Assembly (NCBI GenBank): GCA_964457335.1
Contig: CAYWGD010000023.1
Coordinates: forward strand, 1,127-65,126
Reading direction: 5' to 3'
Origin: an uncultured Enterobacteriaceae bacterium
GTDB taxonomy: Bacteria > Myxococcota_A > UBA796 > SXON01
Length of the DNA stretch: 64,000 bases
Every line of letters begins with the position of its first letter. The stretch's first letter is position 1. The notes below the pieces were generated by a model that was not told the origin of the DNA, did not search any database, and saw nothing but the letters and a program-made list of their open reading frames with translations. Below, piece by piece: positions 17,664 through 27,325 of the stretch. The translations under genes and the position numbers were made by a program.

Positions 17664-19562
17664 CTACCGCGACCCGCCCGCGAGCACGTAGATCGCGCCC
17701 GCGTCCGTGTCGTAGCCGGGGGCGCCGGCGACCAGGTCGGGGATGCCGTCCCCGTCGACGTCACCGACGGTGAGCGCGCTGCCGAGCTCCTCGTCGCCGC
17801 TCGCGCCGGCGATCTCCACGCCGTCCTCCGCGTCGAGGCTGGTGGTGATCGGCCCCCAGTGCACGTAGACGTAGCCGCGCGCGGAGTCGGCGCCGAGCAC
17901 GAGGTCGGGCTTGTAGTCGGCGTTGAGGTCGCCGGCGACGGAGGTCTCGATCGTGCCGCTGATCTCGTACTCGCCGCCGGTCGAGATCGCGCCGGTGGCG
18001 TTGCCCGGGAGCACGTAGACGTAGGTGTCCTGGGTGCCCACGATCACGTCGTCGTAGCCGTCGTCGTCGAGGTCCCCCCCGGCGTCCACGCGGAAGCCGG
18101 TCTCGTTGCGCGCGGAGAAGCTGTCGTCGGCGCTCGCCGTCGTGAGCCCGTCGGTGATCGGGCCGATGAACACGTAGGCGGTGTCGGCCCCGGGGGCGCC
18201 CAGGACGAGGTCGCCCTGGCCGTCCCCGTCCATGTCGACCGTGTCCACGCCGTACCCGAGCTGGTCGTTCGAGCCCACCGCCGTCACGTCCCACTCGATG
18301 CTGCCGCTCATCACGTACACCGTGCCGCCGCCCTGGCCCGGGCAGCCCACGATCGCGTCCTCGATGAGGTCGCCGGTGACGTCGATGCCGCCGCCCACGC
18401 CGGCGCCGCAGTAGTCGAGGCTCGCGGTCCCGGTGATCGAGTTGTACGGGCTCGTGTTCCAGCTCCGCGCGCCGCGGAAGTAGCCCGCGTAGCCGGCCGA
18501 GCCGTCGTAGCCGTAGGCGCCGACGAGCCAGTCGTCGTAGCTGTCGCCGTTGCTGTCCCCCAGGGAGACGAGCCGCGACCCGTAGTACGAGTCGGTGTCG
18601 CCCCCCGCCCACTCGTTGTCGCGCGTGGAGAGGTCGACGGACCCGGTGGAGAACCCGCCGGTCAGCGCGTACACGGCGCCGACGTCCCCGGCCCCGTACT
18701 CGCCCGACGCCCCGACCAGGATGTCCTGCACGCCGTCGCCGTTCCAGTCCCCGACCGCCACCCCCGTGCCGGCGCGGTCCCCTTCGGCCTCGCCGACGAA
18801 CTGGATGGTGTGGAGGTCGTCCACGTAGCCGCTCTCGATCTCGCAGCCGTTGCCCGTGCCGTCGCAGTCGTCGTCGACCTCGTTGCCGCACACCTCGGTG
18901 GCCGACGGGTTCACCTCGTCGTCGTCGTCGTCGCAGTCGTCCACCTCGGAGAGCGGGACGTGGCCCGCGGGCTGCTCGCAAGCGGCGAGGGTGGTCGTCT
19001 CGCCGTAGTAGCCGTCCCCGTCGGCGTCCGCGTACCAGAGCTGCCCGGTGGAGCCGTCGAGGTCCGGATCGTCGTCGTCCACGAGGCCGTCGCAGTCCTC
19101 GTCCGTGCCGCCGCACACCTCGGTGGCGTCGGGGCTGCGGAGGGGGTCGGCGTCGTCGCAGTCGCCGGCGTCGTCGACCGCCCCGGCCGGCGGGTGGCAC
19201 GCCACCTCGGACTGCGTCGGGTCGCCGTACCCGTCGCGGTCCACGTCGAAGTACCAGGTGGACTCGGCCTGCACGGAGGCGTCGGCGTCGTCGCAGTCGT
19301 CGTCGTTGCCGACGTGATCTTCGGGCGCTTCGCACGCGCGCACGGATACGTCCGGGTCGCCCGCGCCGTCGCCGTCCGCGTCCGCGTACCAGGTGGAGCC
19401 GTCCCCCGCCGCCGTGTCGCAGTCCGGATCGGGCCCGGTGTCGTCGCCGGTGTGGTCCCCGGTCTCGTCGCCGGAGGCGGAGTCCCCGCCCGCCGGGCCG
19501 TACTTGTCACCCTCGTCGCCTTCGCACGCGACCAGCCCGAGCACCAGGACCCATCGCCACAT
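17664..19562 (-). CDS. Lipoprotein with MopE-like Cys-rich metal-binding-type repeats and FG-GAP/VCBS-like repeats
   Basis: Lipobox LGLVAC. Repeated WY.D.DGDGYG…CDD.D…P motifs, then repeated GD.NGDG..D….GA motifs. Confidence 0.85.
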   Translation of the reverse strand: MWRWVLVLGLVACEGDEGDKYGPAGGDSASGDETGDHTGDDTGPDPDCDTAAGDGSTWYADADGDGAGDPDVSVRACEAPEDHVGNDDDCDDADASVQAESTWYFDVDRDGYGDPTQSEVACHPPAGAVDDAGDCDDADPLRSPDATEVCGGTDEDCDGLVDDDDPDLDGSTGQLWYADADGDGYYGETTTLAACEQPAGHVPLSEVDDCDDDDDEVNPSATEVCGNEVDDDCDGTGNGCEIESGYVDDLHTIQFVGEAEGDRAGTGVAVGDWNGDGVQDILVGASGEYGAGDVGAVYALTGGFSTGSVDLSTRDNEWAGGDTDSYYGSRLVSLGDSNGDSYDDWLVGAYGYDGSAGYAGYFRGARSWNTSPYNSITGTASLDYCGAGVGGGIDVTGDLIEDAIVGCPGQGGGTVYVMSGSIEWDVTAVGSNDQLGYGVDTVDMDGDGQGDLVLGAPGADTAYVFIGPITDGLTTASADDSFSARNETGFRVDAGGDLDDDGYDDVIVGTQDTYVYVLPGNATGAISTGGEYEISGTIETSVAGDLNADYKPDLVLGADSARGYVYVHWGPITTSLDAEDGVEIAGASGDEELGSALTVGDVDGDGIPDLVAGAPGYDTDAGAIYVLAGGSR

Positions 19563-19721
19563 CGCCGCCTCCGTTCACGGGCCCATCCGGAAGGATGTCG
19601 GCCGAGAACCGGGCGTAACCCGACGTGCGTACGTCGTCTCGTGACAATGCTCGCCGGGAGCACCCGACGTCGTTACCCAAGCGTGTGGTCGGCGCCCTCC
19701 GGCCCGTCCGACGGAGTCGCC

Positions 19722-22490
19722 ATGCCCCCGCTCCCACCCAGTTCCTTCCCGCTGCCCGCGACGATGAAGGCGCCCGGGGATCGCCGCAAGGGGATCTGGC
19801 GGGAGGGCGTGCTCCAGATCTGGGTCACCCGCGCTTGCGACAAGGCCTGCGTCGGCTGCACCCAGGGCAGCAACCTCGCCGGCCCCTACGGCCGGATGAC
19901 GCCCGAGCAGTTCGACGCGGCCTGTCGCAGCCTGAAGGGGTACTTCGGCGTGGTGGGCGTGTTCGGGGGCAACCCCACCCTCCACCCGCAGTTCGAGGAG
20001 CTCTGCGACATCCTCGCGCACCACTTCCCCAAGGAGCAGCGGGGGCTCTGGACCAACAAGCTCCACGGCAAGGGGACGATCGCGCGCCGCACGTTCAACC
20101 CGGCGTACTCGAACCTCAACGTGCACCTCGACCAGGCCGCGTACGACGAGTTCCGCCGCGACTGGCCCGAGGCCCGACCCAAGGGCCTCGACGGCGACTC
20201 CCGGCACTCCCCGCCCTACGTCGCCATGAAGGACGTGATCGCCGACGAGGCAGAGCGCTGGGGGCTCATCGCCAACTGCGACGTGAACCAGCTCTGGTCG
20301 GCGTTGATCGGTGTGTTCCGCGGCGAGCTGCGGGCGTGGTTCTGCGAGCTCGCGGGAGCGCAGGCCATGCTCCACCAGCACGAGCCCGACTACCCGGACC
20401 TCGGGCTGCCGGTCGTCCCTGGCTGGTGGGAGCAGCCCCTGCGCGCGTTCGAGGCGCAGGTCCGGCACCACTGCCACGCGTGCGGGATCCCGCTGCGTGG
20501 CGCCGGGGACCTCGCGGTGGGCGGCACGGTGGAGCAGGTGAGCGAGACGCACGCCGCGGTGTACCGGCCGAAGCTGAAGGGGCGCGAGGTGCGGCTCGTG
20601 ACGAGCCGCACCGAGCTCGGGCGCGTGGGGCGGGCCACGGACTACATCGAGAACGGCGCGGAGACGGCGCCGGTGGCGCCCGCGGGGCCGCGGAAGCGCG
20701 CCATCGACGGGCTCGTGACGTGTGTCGGCGCGGTCTACGCGGCCCAGCTCGCGCGCTCCCTGCCGGTGTGGCTCGACACCCTGGACTCCCTCACCGTCGT
20801 CACTGCGCCCGGCGACCCCGACGTGCTCCCCGTGCTCGCCCTGCACCGCGCGCGGCCGAACCTCCGCGTGGTCGAGACCGACCTGTTCTCGCGCCACGGC
20901 GCCCACTTCAACAAGGGCGCGGCGCTCTCGCACGCGCTCGCGCAGATGCGGCCCGAGGACTGGGTGCTGCACTTCGACGCCGACATCCTTCCGAGCCCCA
21001 CGTGGCGGGCGGTCGCCGAGCCCCTGCTCGAGCCCGGGAACCTCCACGGCGCGGACCGGTGGTTCGAGAACGGCCGGTTGATCCACGACACGCCCTTCCC
21101 CGCCGGGTACTTCCAGCTCTGGCACGTCGACGACCCGCGCGCGCAGCTCCGCCCGCTGTTCGACGTGCACTGGGGCCACGCGGGGAACTACGACACGTTC
21201 TTCCTGGAGCGCTGGCCCGAGGCGGCGCGGCGGAAGCTGGAGATCCGGCTCACCCACCTGGGGGCGCCGCGGCGCAACTGGTTCGGCGTCGGACGCCGGG
21301 ACAAGGGGCTCGAGCGGGACGGTCTCCGGCGCATGCAGCGGCTGCACAAGATCGGGCTTCGCGCGGCGCTCCACCAGGACACGAAGGTGCCCGTCCCGCC
21401 GCCGCGGGTGCGCGTGCGCATCGAGCCCGGAGGGGACCCGGCGTGGCTCCGGGGGATCGTGCGGCTGTGCACGCCGGCCGACCCGTTCGCCGTCCGGGCG
21501 AGCGTCTCCGCGGAGGCCGCCGAGCCCGTGCCCGGCCTCGTCGACCTCGTGATCCCCGCCGGGATGCCCGAGGAGGAGGTCCGGCAGGCGCTCGAGGCGG
21601 CGCTCGCGAGCACAGCCGCCCCGACGACGACGGAGCCCACGACCAGCCGGTCGGCCGCACCCCCGAGGCCCCGCGCGACGCTGGAGCGGGCCGCTGCGCG
21701 CCGGGTGGCTGCCCCGAGACCGGCCGCCGCGCCCCGCCCCACCCGGCCGCCGATGCCCGCGGCGCCGACCGCCCCGACCCCCGACGACGTGCGGTACGCC
21801 TGCGGCTGCGTGAACCGGGTGGACCGCGAGTGGGGCATCCTGCGCGCGGTGCGGAAGTGCCGGCGGCACCGCCCCACGCCGCCCCAGGCGCGCGCGCGGC
21901 CGCACTACACCGAGGAGTGCGGCGTGCTGACGCGGGCCGGGATCCCCCGGCACGCGGTTTACATCCGGGAGCTCCTCGACGCGTTGGTCGAGCTCGACGT
22001 GCGGATCCCCCGCGCGACCTCGGCCGACCCGGACCACCCGCCGCGCGTCCTCGAGGTGGGCTGCGGGTTCGGCCAGTACGCGCCGCTGTTCATGCGCCAC
22101 GGGTACGTCTACGAGGGGCTGGAGGCCAACCCCTACGCCGCGGACTGGACCGCCGGGGCCTTCGACGTGACCGTGCACCGCGGGCCCTTCGAGGCCTTCG
22201 GCGCGGCGGGCGGCACGTACGCGGCGATCCACGCGGCCCACGTGCTGGAGCACTTCGACGACGCGCCGCGGATGGCCGCCAAGATGTTCGACCTGCTCGC
22301 CCCGGGCGGCCGCCTCTACCTCGTGGTCCCCGACGACAGCGACCCCGTCAACCCCGACCACCAGTGGTTCTTCACCGAGGCCGGCCTGACCGCGCTCCTG
22401 AACCGGGTCGGCTTCGCGGACGTCCGCGCGACCGCGCGGCAGATCGTCGCGCACGAGAAGTTCATCTACGTGGTGGCCGAGCGGCCCTGA
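19722..22490 (+). CDS. Multi-domain fusion protein: radical-SAM-like + nucleotide-sugar-transferase-like + class I SAM methyltransferase
   Basis: One uninterrupted frame. Start ATG 19722, alternative ATG 19764. N-terminus has WVTRACDKACVGC (CX3CX2C), GGNPTLHP and a HHCHACG cluster. Middle has VVTAPGD…FNKGAALS…WVLHFDADILP…GYFQLWH (DxD). A Pro/Ala-rich linker follows. C-terminus has VLEVGCGFGQYA…LAPGGRLYLVVP (methyltransferase motifs I and post-I). The part of track ORF 17859.. before 19722 is antisense to the FG-GAP gene and is discarded. Confidence 0.8.
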   Translation: MPPLPPSSFPLPATMKAPGDRRKGIWREGVLQIWVTRACDKACVGCTQGSNLAGPYGRMTPEQFDAACRSLKGYFGVVGVFGGNPTLHPQFEELCDILAHHFPKEQRGLWTNKLHGKGTIARRTFNPAYSNLNVHLDQAAYDEFRRDWPEARPKGLDGDSRHSPPYVAMKDVIADEAERWGLIANCDVNQLWSALIGVFRGELRAWFCELAGAQAMLHQHEPDYPDLGLPVVPGWWEQPLRAFEAQVRHHCHACGIPLRGAGDLAVGGTVEQVSETHAAVYRPKLKGREVRLVTSRTELGRVGRATDYIENGAETAPVAPAGPRKRAIDGLVTCVGAVYAAQLARSLPVWLDTLDSLTVVTAPGDPDVLPVLALHRARPNLRVVETDLFSRHGAHFNKGAALSHALAQMRPEDWVLHFDADILPSPTWRAVAEPLLEPGNLHGADRWFENGRLIHDTPFPAGYFQLWHVDDPRAQLRPLFDVHWGHAGNYDTFFLERWPEAARRKLEIRLTHLGAPRRNWFGVGRRDKGLERDGLRRMQRLHKIGLRAALHQDTKVPVPPPRVRVRIEPGGDPAWLRGIVRLCTPADPFAVRASVSAEAAEPVPGLVDLVIPAGMPEEEVRQALEAALASTAAPTTTEPTTSRSAAPPRPRATLERAAARRVAAPRPAAAPRPTRPPMPAAPTAPTPDDVRYACGCVNRVDREWGILRAVRKCRRHRPTPPQARARPHYTEECGVLTRAGIPRHAVYIRELLDALVELDVRIPRATSADPDHPPRVLEVGCGFGQYAPLFMRHGYVYEGLEANPYAADWTAGAFDVTVHRGPFEAFGAAGGTYAAIHAAHVLEHFDDAPRMAAKMFDLLAPGGRLYLVVPDDSDPVNPDHQWFFTEAGLTALLNRVGFADVRATARQIVAHEKFIYVVAERP

Positions 22491-22701
22491 GGCAGGGGCG
22501 GCCTGCCACGCCGAGGTCGTCGCGCGCGGTCAGGCGCGGAGGCGGAGGCGTCGCAGGCGGACAGCGCGCTCGTGACGCTCCCCGGCAAGGGGCCCCGTCC
22601 CGCGCGGCGAGCGCGGCCCGGTCCGCCGTGGCGAGCCGGCGGGCAGGAGCCCGACTGATCGCGCGGGACGGCTCGGGGACCGCTCGGCTCGCGAACACCC
22701 G

Positions 22702-24279
22702 TCAGAAGTAGAAGTTCAGCCCCATGTTCCCCTGGAACGCGCCGGGGATGGTCAGGTCGTCCGCGGGCTTGTTCAGGTAGCCGGTGTAGCGGGCGTCGAA
22801 GTTGATCGACGCCTTCTGGCCGACGCCGAACTCGATGCCGAGGCCCGCGTGCGGACCCCAGAGCGTGGAGGACTGCGTGACGGTGGTGAAGCCGACGTTG
22901 TCTTCGACCTCGCGCCCCGTCACGGTCACGCCGGCGAGCACGTAGGGGTTCACGCGCGTCCAGGGCGCGGCGAAGAGCTCGACCGAGGCCTGCAGCGGCT
23001 GGTACACGCGCTCGGACCCGTCGTCCCAGGTCTGGTCGTGGTGCATCCAGGAGACCTCGAGCCCCACGGCCTCGACCGGGCGGTAACGCGCGGCGATGCC
23101 GAGCCCGGCGTCGCCGAAGCCGCCGCCGCCGAAGTTGTAGCCGCCCATGTAGGAGCCGCCGCGCAGGCCCACCGCGAAGGTGCGGGTGCGGTCGACCTTG
23201 CGCACCGGCGCGTTCGCCTCGGCGGACTCGCCGCCGCCCCCGCCGTCACCTTCGACGATGACGGTGTGGTGGTGGTGCCAGGGGGAAGGCCCGTACACGA
23301 AGACGCCGTGGTACCAGTAGGCGTGGCCGGGGCGCCAGGGCCGGAACCAGCCGCCCGGGTGGTACCAGCGGTGGTAGCGGTGGTGGCGGGCGGACGCCCA
23401 GGCGTGGTGACGCGCCGCCGCGGAGCGGTGGTACGCCGCCGCGTGGCGGTGGTGCGCCGCGGTGGTGCGGGCGTGACGCGCGGCCTCGTGGTGACGGGCC
23501 GCGGAGGCCCCGTGCGTGGCGCGCACGGCGTCGGAGCCGCCGTCGCCGTGGCGCGCGGCGCTGGCGTGGCCGCCGTCCGGGCGATCGGCGCCGCGGGACA
23601 CCGCCGCGCGGTTGGCGGAGGCGCGCATGTCCGCGCTGGAGCGGAAGTTGGAGGGCGCCGCCGACCGCGCGGACACGCCGCCGACCTCGGGCTGGCGCAT
23701 CGTGAGGGAGGCCGGCGTGCCGACGCTCACGCGGCGGACCGTGGGCTGCCCGGGCGCTGGCCGGGCGCCGTCGAAGCCCCCGCGGCCGTCGAAGCCGGAG
23801 GACGGGCGTGCCGCGTCCGGCCGGGCGCGCGAGGTGTCGCCGCGCGGGGAGGCGTCGGGGCCCGGGGAGGCGTCGGAGCCGCCGCGATCCGCGGGCGCGG
23901 GACGCGCGGCGCCGGGGCGGGCGGAGGGGCCGCTCCCGCCGCGGGACCCGGCGGTGTCGCCGTCGCCGCCACCGTCGCGGGGGGCGGGCCGCCCGGAGGG
24001 ACCGCGCTCGCCGCCGTCGCTGCCCTGCTGGCCGCCGCCGTCGCTGCCCTTCTGGCGGCCGCCGTCGCTGCCCTTCTGGCCGCCGCTCTTCTGGCCGCTC
24101 TTGCTCCCCCGCTTCGTCGCGCGCTTGGCGGAGCCGCTCTTGCGGGACCGGTCCGCGCTGTCCGGCGCGGCGGACGCCGACCGCTCGGAGCCGCCGGCCG
24201 GCGCGTCGGGCGCCGCGACGGCGATCGACGGGAGCAGCAGGAGCGCCAGGGTGGCGGGGAGCAGGGAGCGGAGCATCAT
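22702..24279 (-). CDS. Outer-membrane beta-barrel protein with long disordered Gly/Ser/Arg/Asp region and His/Arg-rich segment
   Basis: GGAGG RBS and signal peptide MMLRSLLPATLALLLLPSIAVA. G/S/D/R/K-rich repeats (QKGSDGG x3). His-rich block HHEAARHARTTAAHHRHAAAYHRSAAARHHAWASARHHRYHRWYH…WHHHH. The C-terminal alternating pattern ends …GNMGLNFYF, with the terminal Phe typical of OMPs. Confidence 0.8.
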   Translation of the reverse strand: MMLRSLLPATLALLLLPSIAVAAPDAPAGGSERSASAAPDSADRSRKSGSAKRATKRGSKSGQKSGGQKGSDGGRQKGSDGGGQQGSDGGERGPSGRPAPRDGGGDGDTAGSRGGSGPSARPGAARPAPADRGGSDASPGPDASPRGDTSRARPDAARPSSGFDGRGGFDGARPAPGQPTVRRVSVGTPASLTMRQPEVGGVSARSAAPSNFRSSADMRASANRAAVSRGADRPDGGHASAARHGDGGSDAVRATHGASAARHHEAARHARTTAAHHRHAAAYHRSAAARHHAWASARHHRYHRWYHPGGWFRPWRPGHAYWYHGVFVYGPSPWHHHHTVIVEGDGGGGGESAEANAPVRKVDRTRTFAVGLRGGSYMGGYNFGGGGFGDAGLGIAARYRPVEAVGLEVSWMHHDQTWDDGSERVYQPLQASVELFAAPWTRVNPYVLAGVTVTGREVEDNVGFTTVTQSSTLWGPHAGLGIEFGVGQKASINFDARYTGYLNKPADDLTIPGAFQGNMGLNFYF

Positions 24280-24353
24280 GCCCTCCGGGGGGGAGTGGGG
24301 TCGACCTCACGCATCTCTACGCGCGTCGCCCCCTTCCATTCAACACGATCCCG

Positions 24354-25715
24354 TCAACCGCGACCGAACGCCTTCTTGAGCTCCGCGAGGGTGGCCTCCT
24401 GGAGCTGGTAGACGCCGTCCTTCCCCGCGACGCGAACCCGCACGAGAGGCCGGTTGTCCGCGTCGCGCTCGCTCTGCCCGAGCTCGATCGCCTGCGTACG
24501 CCCGTCCCGGAGGCGCACCTCGATCCGCGCGCCGGTGGGGGCGAAGCGATCGTCCGCCGGGATGGCGGCGGCGCGGAGCGTCGCCAGGGTGTTGACCGTG
24601 AACAGGGCCTGCTTCTGGTCGGCGTCCATGTTCGGGGGCTGCGTGATGGCCCAGGTGGCGCCGTCGTCCGACTGGGCCAGCACCACCGTGAGCCCGGCGT
24701 CGCTGAGCGCGACGGACGCCACGTCGTCCCGCTCGAACGTGAGGAGCCGCCGGTCGCGGAACGCCTCGACCGGCTGGGTCATCACCCGCCCGATCACGCC
24801 CGCGGCCCGGAACACCTCGTCCCGTCCGCTCACCCGGACGAAGGACGCGCCCTCGTCCCGGCGCCCGCCGAGCGTCACGGTCCGCGCCGTGCCGTCGTCG
24901 AGCGTGAGCGTGGCCACCGCGGCGGGGGCGTCGAAGCCGGCCTGGTAGTCCGGGTTGTGGATCTCGCCCGCACGGATGGTGGCGAGGGTCTTGATCGTCG
25001 CGTCGACCGTGTCGGTGTCGGTGACGAAGGACGCCCCTTCGAGCTGCCACGGACCGGGGACCGGGTTCCCGTCGGTGTCCGCGCCGGTGGAGGGCCCGCG
25101 CGAGAAGCGGAGGGTCTCCGCGCCGCGGACGAGCGTGAGCCCGGCGACCCGCGCGCGGTCGACCGTGTGCGCGACCTTGTCCCGCCACTCCGCGGCGGGC
25201 CGCGCGTAGCGGGCGCGCCCGCCCACGTCGGCGCGGTACACGTCCTCCGCGCCGGGCAGCCGCACGAACGTCGACGGCCCCGCGGCCGTCTTCCCCACGA
25301 CCACCGCCGCGGCCGGCACGTCCTCGCCGGCCCGGAAGAGCTCCACGAGGAGGCCGTTCTGGTCGTCGACGCCGTACTCCTCCTGGTTGCCGGAGTCGAC
25401 GAAGGCGTCCATCGGGAGGCCGGCCGCGAAGGTGCGCACCAGCGTCCGGACCTGGGCCGCGTCGGCCGGGAACTGGAGCGGCGTGACGATCTTCCAGCTC
25501 TCGAAGTCGGGGGTGCCCTTCTCCGTGGACACCCGCTCGATGCGGAGCTTCTCGATGGGCGTCGAGATCTGCACCACCGCGACCGTCTCGGGGATCACCC
25601 CGGGCACCGAGGGGAGTGACTCGACCTGGACCGTGTCCCGCCCGTCCCAGAGGTTCAGGACGGCGAGCACGAGCGCCAGGAGGAGGAGGGCGAGGCTGCG
25701 ACGGGTGAGCTTCAC
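24354..25715 (-). CDS. DUF4340-like periplasmic protein of the GldG-type ABC operon
   Basis: GTG 25715 with GGAGG upstream; GTGA overlap with the GldG-like gene. N-terminal TM anchor LALLLLALVLAVL. Domain call from typical synteny and length (memory). Confidence 0.65.
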   Translation of the reverse strand: MKLTRRSLALLLLALVLAVLNLWDGRDTVQVESLPSVPGVIPETVAVVQISTPIEKLRIERVSTEKGTPDFESWKIVTPLQFPADAAQVRTLVRTFAAGLPMDAFVDSGNQEEYGVDDQNGLLVELFRAGEDVPAAAVVVGKTAAGPSTFVRLPGAEDVYRADVGGRARYARPAAEWRDKVAHTVDRARVAGLTLVRGAETLRFSRGPSTGADTDGNPVPGPWQLEGASFVTDTDTVDATIKTLATIRAGEIHNPDYQAGFDAPAAVATLTLDDGTARTVTLGGRRDEGASFVRVSGRDEVFRAAGVIGRVMTQPVEAFRDRRLLTFERDDVASVALSDAGLTVVLAQSDDGATWAITQPPNMDADQKQALFTVNTLATLRAAAIPADDRFAPTGARIEVRLRDGRTQAIELGQSERDADNRPLVRVRVAGKDGVYQLQEATLAELKKAFGRG

Positions 25716-27325
25716 GCCGCACCTCCGGAGCGACGCGCCCGCCGGCGGAACCACACCTGCCGGGACGCCCCGAACGCGAGCAGCGCGGCGGGCCCGAAGA
25801 GGAGGTTGAACACCTTCCACCCGAGCTGCTCCCGCGGCGTGGTGACCGCGAGCGCCGGCAGCGTGGCCGTCTTGCTGCGGATGCCGATGAGCGCCTCGTC
25901 CTGGACGAGCCAGTCGCAGAGGTTGAGCATGAACGCGAGGTTGTTCGCCACGAGGTCGGCCGACCCGGCCACGACGAGCCGCGTGGAGGCGCCCTCGACC
26001 ATCAGCGGCGGCTCCTCGGGGTTCTCCTCCTCCGTCATCGGCGGAGCGTCCTCGTCCGGCTGGGGCACGGGCCGCGTCTCGAAGAAGGAGCGCAACGGCC
26101 CCGTCAGCGCGACGAGCAGCGGGAACGGACCGCGCTTCTCGCTGGAGAGCACGGCCTGGAGGCTCGTGGGGTCGACGGTCTTCAGGTCCTGCACCGAGCC
26201 GGCGGAGGCGGCCGTCCGCGCGAGCACCTCGACCTCGACGCCGGGGTTCAGCGTCTCGGCGACCTGGATCGAGGAGGTGAACGGGAAGAGCATCGCGTCG
26301 AGCCCGCTCGTGAGCACGCTCCGCTTCGACAGGTCCGTGGCCTGGGGGATGAGCGGGTAGTTCACCTCGCGCATCGTCTGGCGGTTGCCCACCCGCGCCG
26401 GGAAGCGCATGACCCCGTTCTGCACGCGGTCCATCACGATGTCGCGGTTGACCTGCACCCCGTAGTGCCCGAGCAGCGGCTCGAGGCCCGCGCTCACGCG
26501 GGTCGGGCGGTAGGTGCGCAGGTCCGGCCGCGTGTGGGTGACGAAGACCGCCGCGGCGCCGCCGCGCATGAGGAACTGGTCGATCTGGTAGACGGCGCGG
26601 TCCGAGAGCGCCTTCTGCGGGCCCACGACGAGCAGCGCGTCGACGTGCTCGGGGATGGCGCCCGGCCCGCCGAGCGCGAGCGGCTGCAGCGCGAACTTCT
26701 TCGCGAGCTGCTCCATCATCTCGCGGAGCGGCCCCTCGGGCTTGGCGAGGTCGGGCTCGCCGTTGCCCACCGTCCATGCGAGCACGGGCCGATCCTCCGC
26801 TTTCTGCCGCAGGCGGTGCATCGCGGAGGCGAGGTCGTACTCGAGCCCCGAGAGGTCCGTCAGGGCCGGGAGGACCTCCTGCTTGTCGCCGTAGAGCAGG
26901 ACGGCCCCGAGCCAGATGCGCCGGAGCTCGGAGCGGTTGGCCTCGGTCACCTTCTGCTCGAGCGGCGTGAGCCCGTACTTCTGCGGCTCCTTCACGAGCT
27001 CGGGGTCGTTCCCCGGGTCCACGACCGTGATCTTGAGCCGGCCGCCGGCGTACGCCTGGAACTCCTCGAGCTTGTCCCGGATGATCTGCTCGTGGTTGTT
27101 GTACGGCGCGGACAAGCCCTTCGAGAGGAAGGCCTTGATCACCAGCGGGCGGTCGAGCGAGGCGACGAGCGCCTTGGAGGACTCGTCGAGGCTGTGCAGG
27201 CGGTCGCGCGTGACGTCGAGCCGCGCGAAGTGCGCGCTGCTCCAGACGTTGGCGAGCACCACGACGACGACCACGAGGGCCATCTGCAGCCAGGAGTTGG
27301 CGAGGAGGTTGCGGCGGGCGGTCAC
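25712..27325 (-). CDS. GldG-like ABC-transporter auxiliary protein
   Basis: GTG 27325 overlaps the permease stop (GTGA). N- and C-terminal TM anchors flank a large soluble domain (…RLDVTRDRLHSLDESSKALVASLDRPLVIKAFLS…). Confidence 0.75.
   Translation of the reverse strand: MTARRNLLANSWLQMALVVVVVVLANVWSSAHFARLDVTRDRLHSLDESSKALVASLDRPLVIKAFLSKGLSAPYNNHEQIIRDKLEEFQAYAGGRLKITVVDPGNDPELVKEPQKYGLTPLEQKVTEANRSELRRIWLGAVLLYGDKQEVLPALTDLSGLEYDLASAMHRLRQKAEDRPVLAWTVGNGEPDLAKPEGPLREMMEQLAKKFALQPLALGGPGAIPEHVDALLVVGPQKALSDRAVYQIDQFLMRGGAAAVFVTHTRPDLRTYRPTRVSAGLEPLLGHYGVQVNRDIVMDRVQNGVMRFPARVGNRQTMREVNYPLIPQATDLSKRSVLTSGLDAMLFPFTSSIQVAETLNPGVEVEVLARTAASAGSVQDLKTVDPTSLQAVLSSEKRGPFPLLVALTGPLRSFFETRPVPQPDEDAPPMTEEENPEEPPLMVEGASTRLVVAGSADLVANNLAFMLNLCDWLVQDEALIGIRSKTATLPALAVTTPREQLGWKVFNLLFGPAALLAFGASRQVWFRRRARRSGGAA

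Noticed and set aside
17859-19721. Upstream 620 codons of track ORF 17859-22490
   Set aside because: Antisense to the well-supported FG-GAP lipoprotein gene and composed of Val/Ala/Gly/Arg runs. The real gene most plausibly starts at ATG 19722 or 19764.
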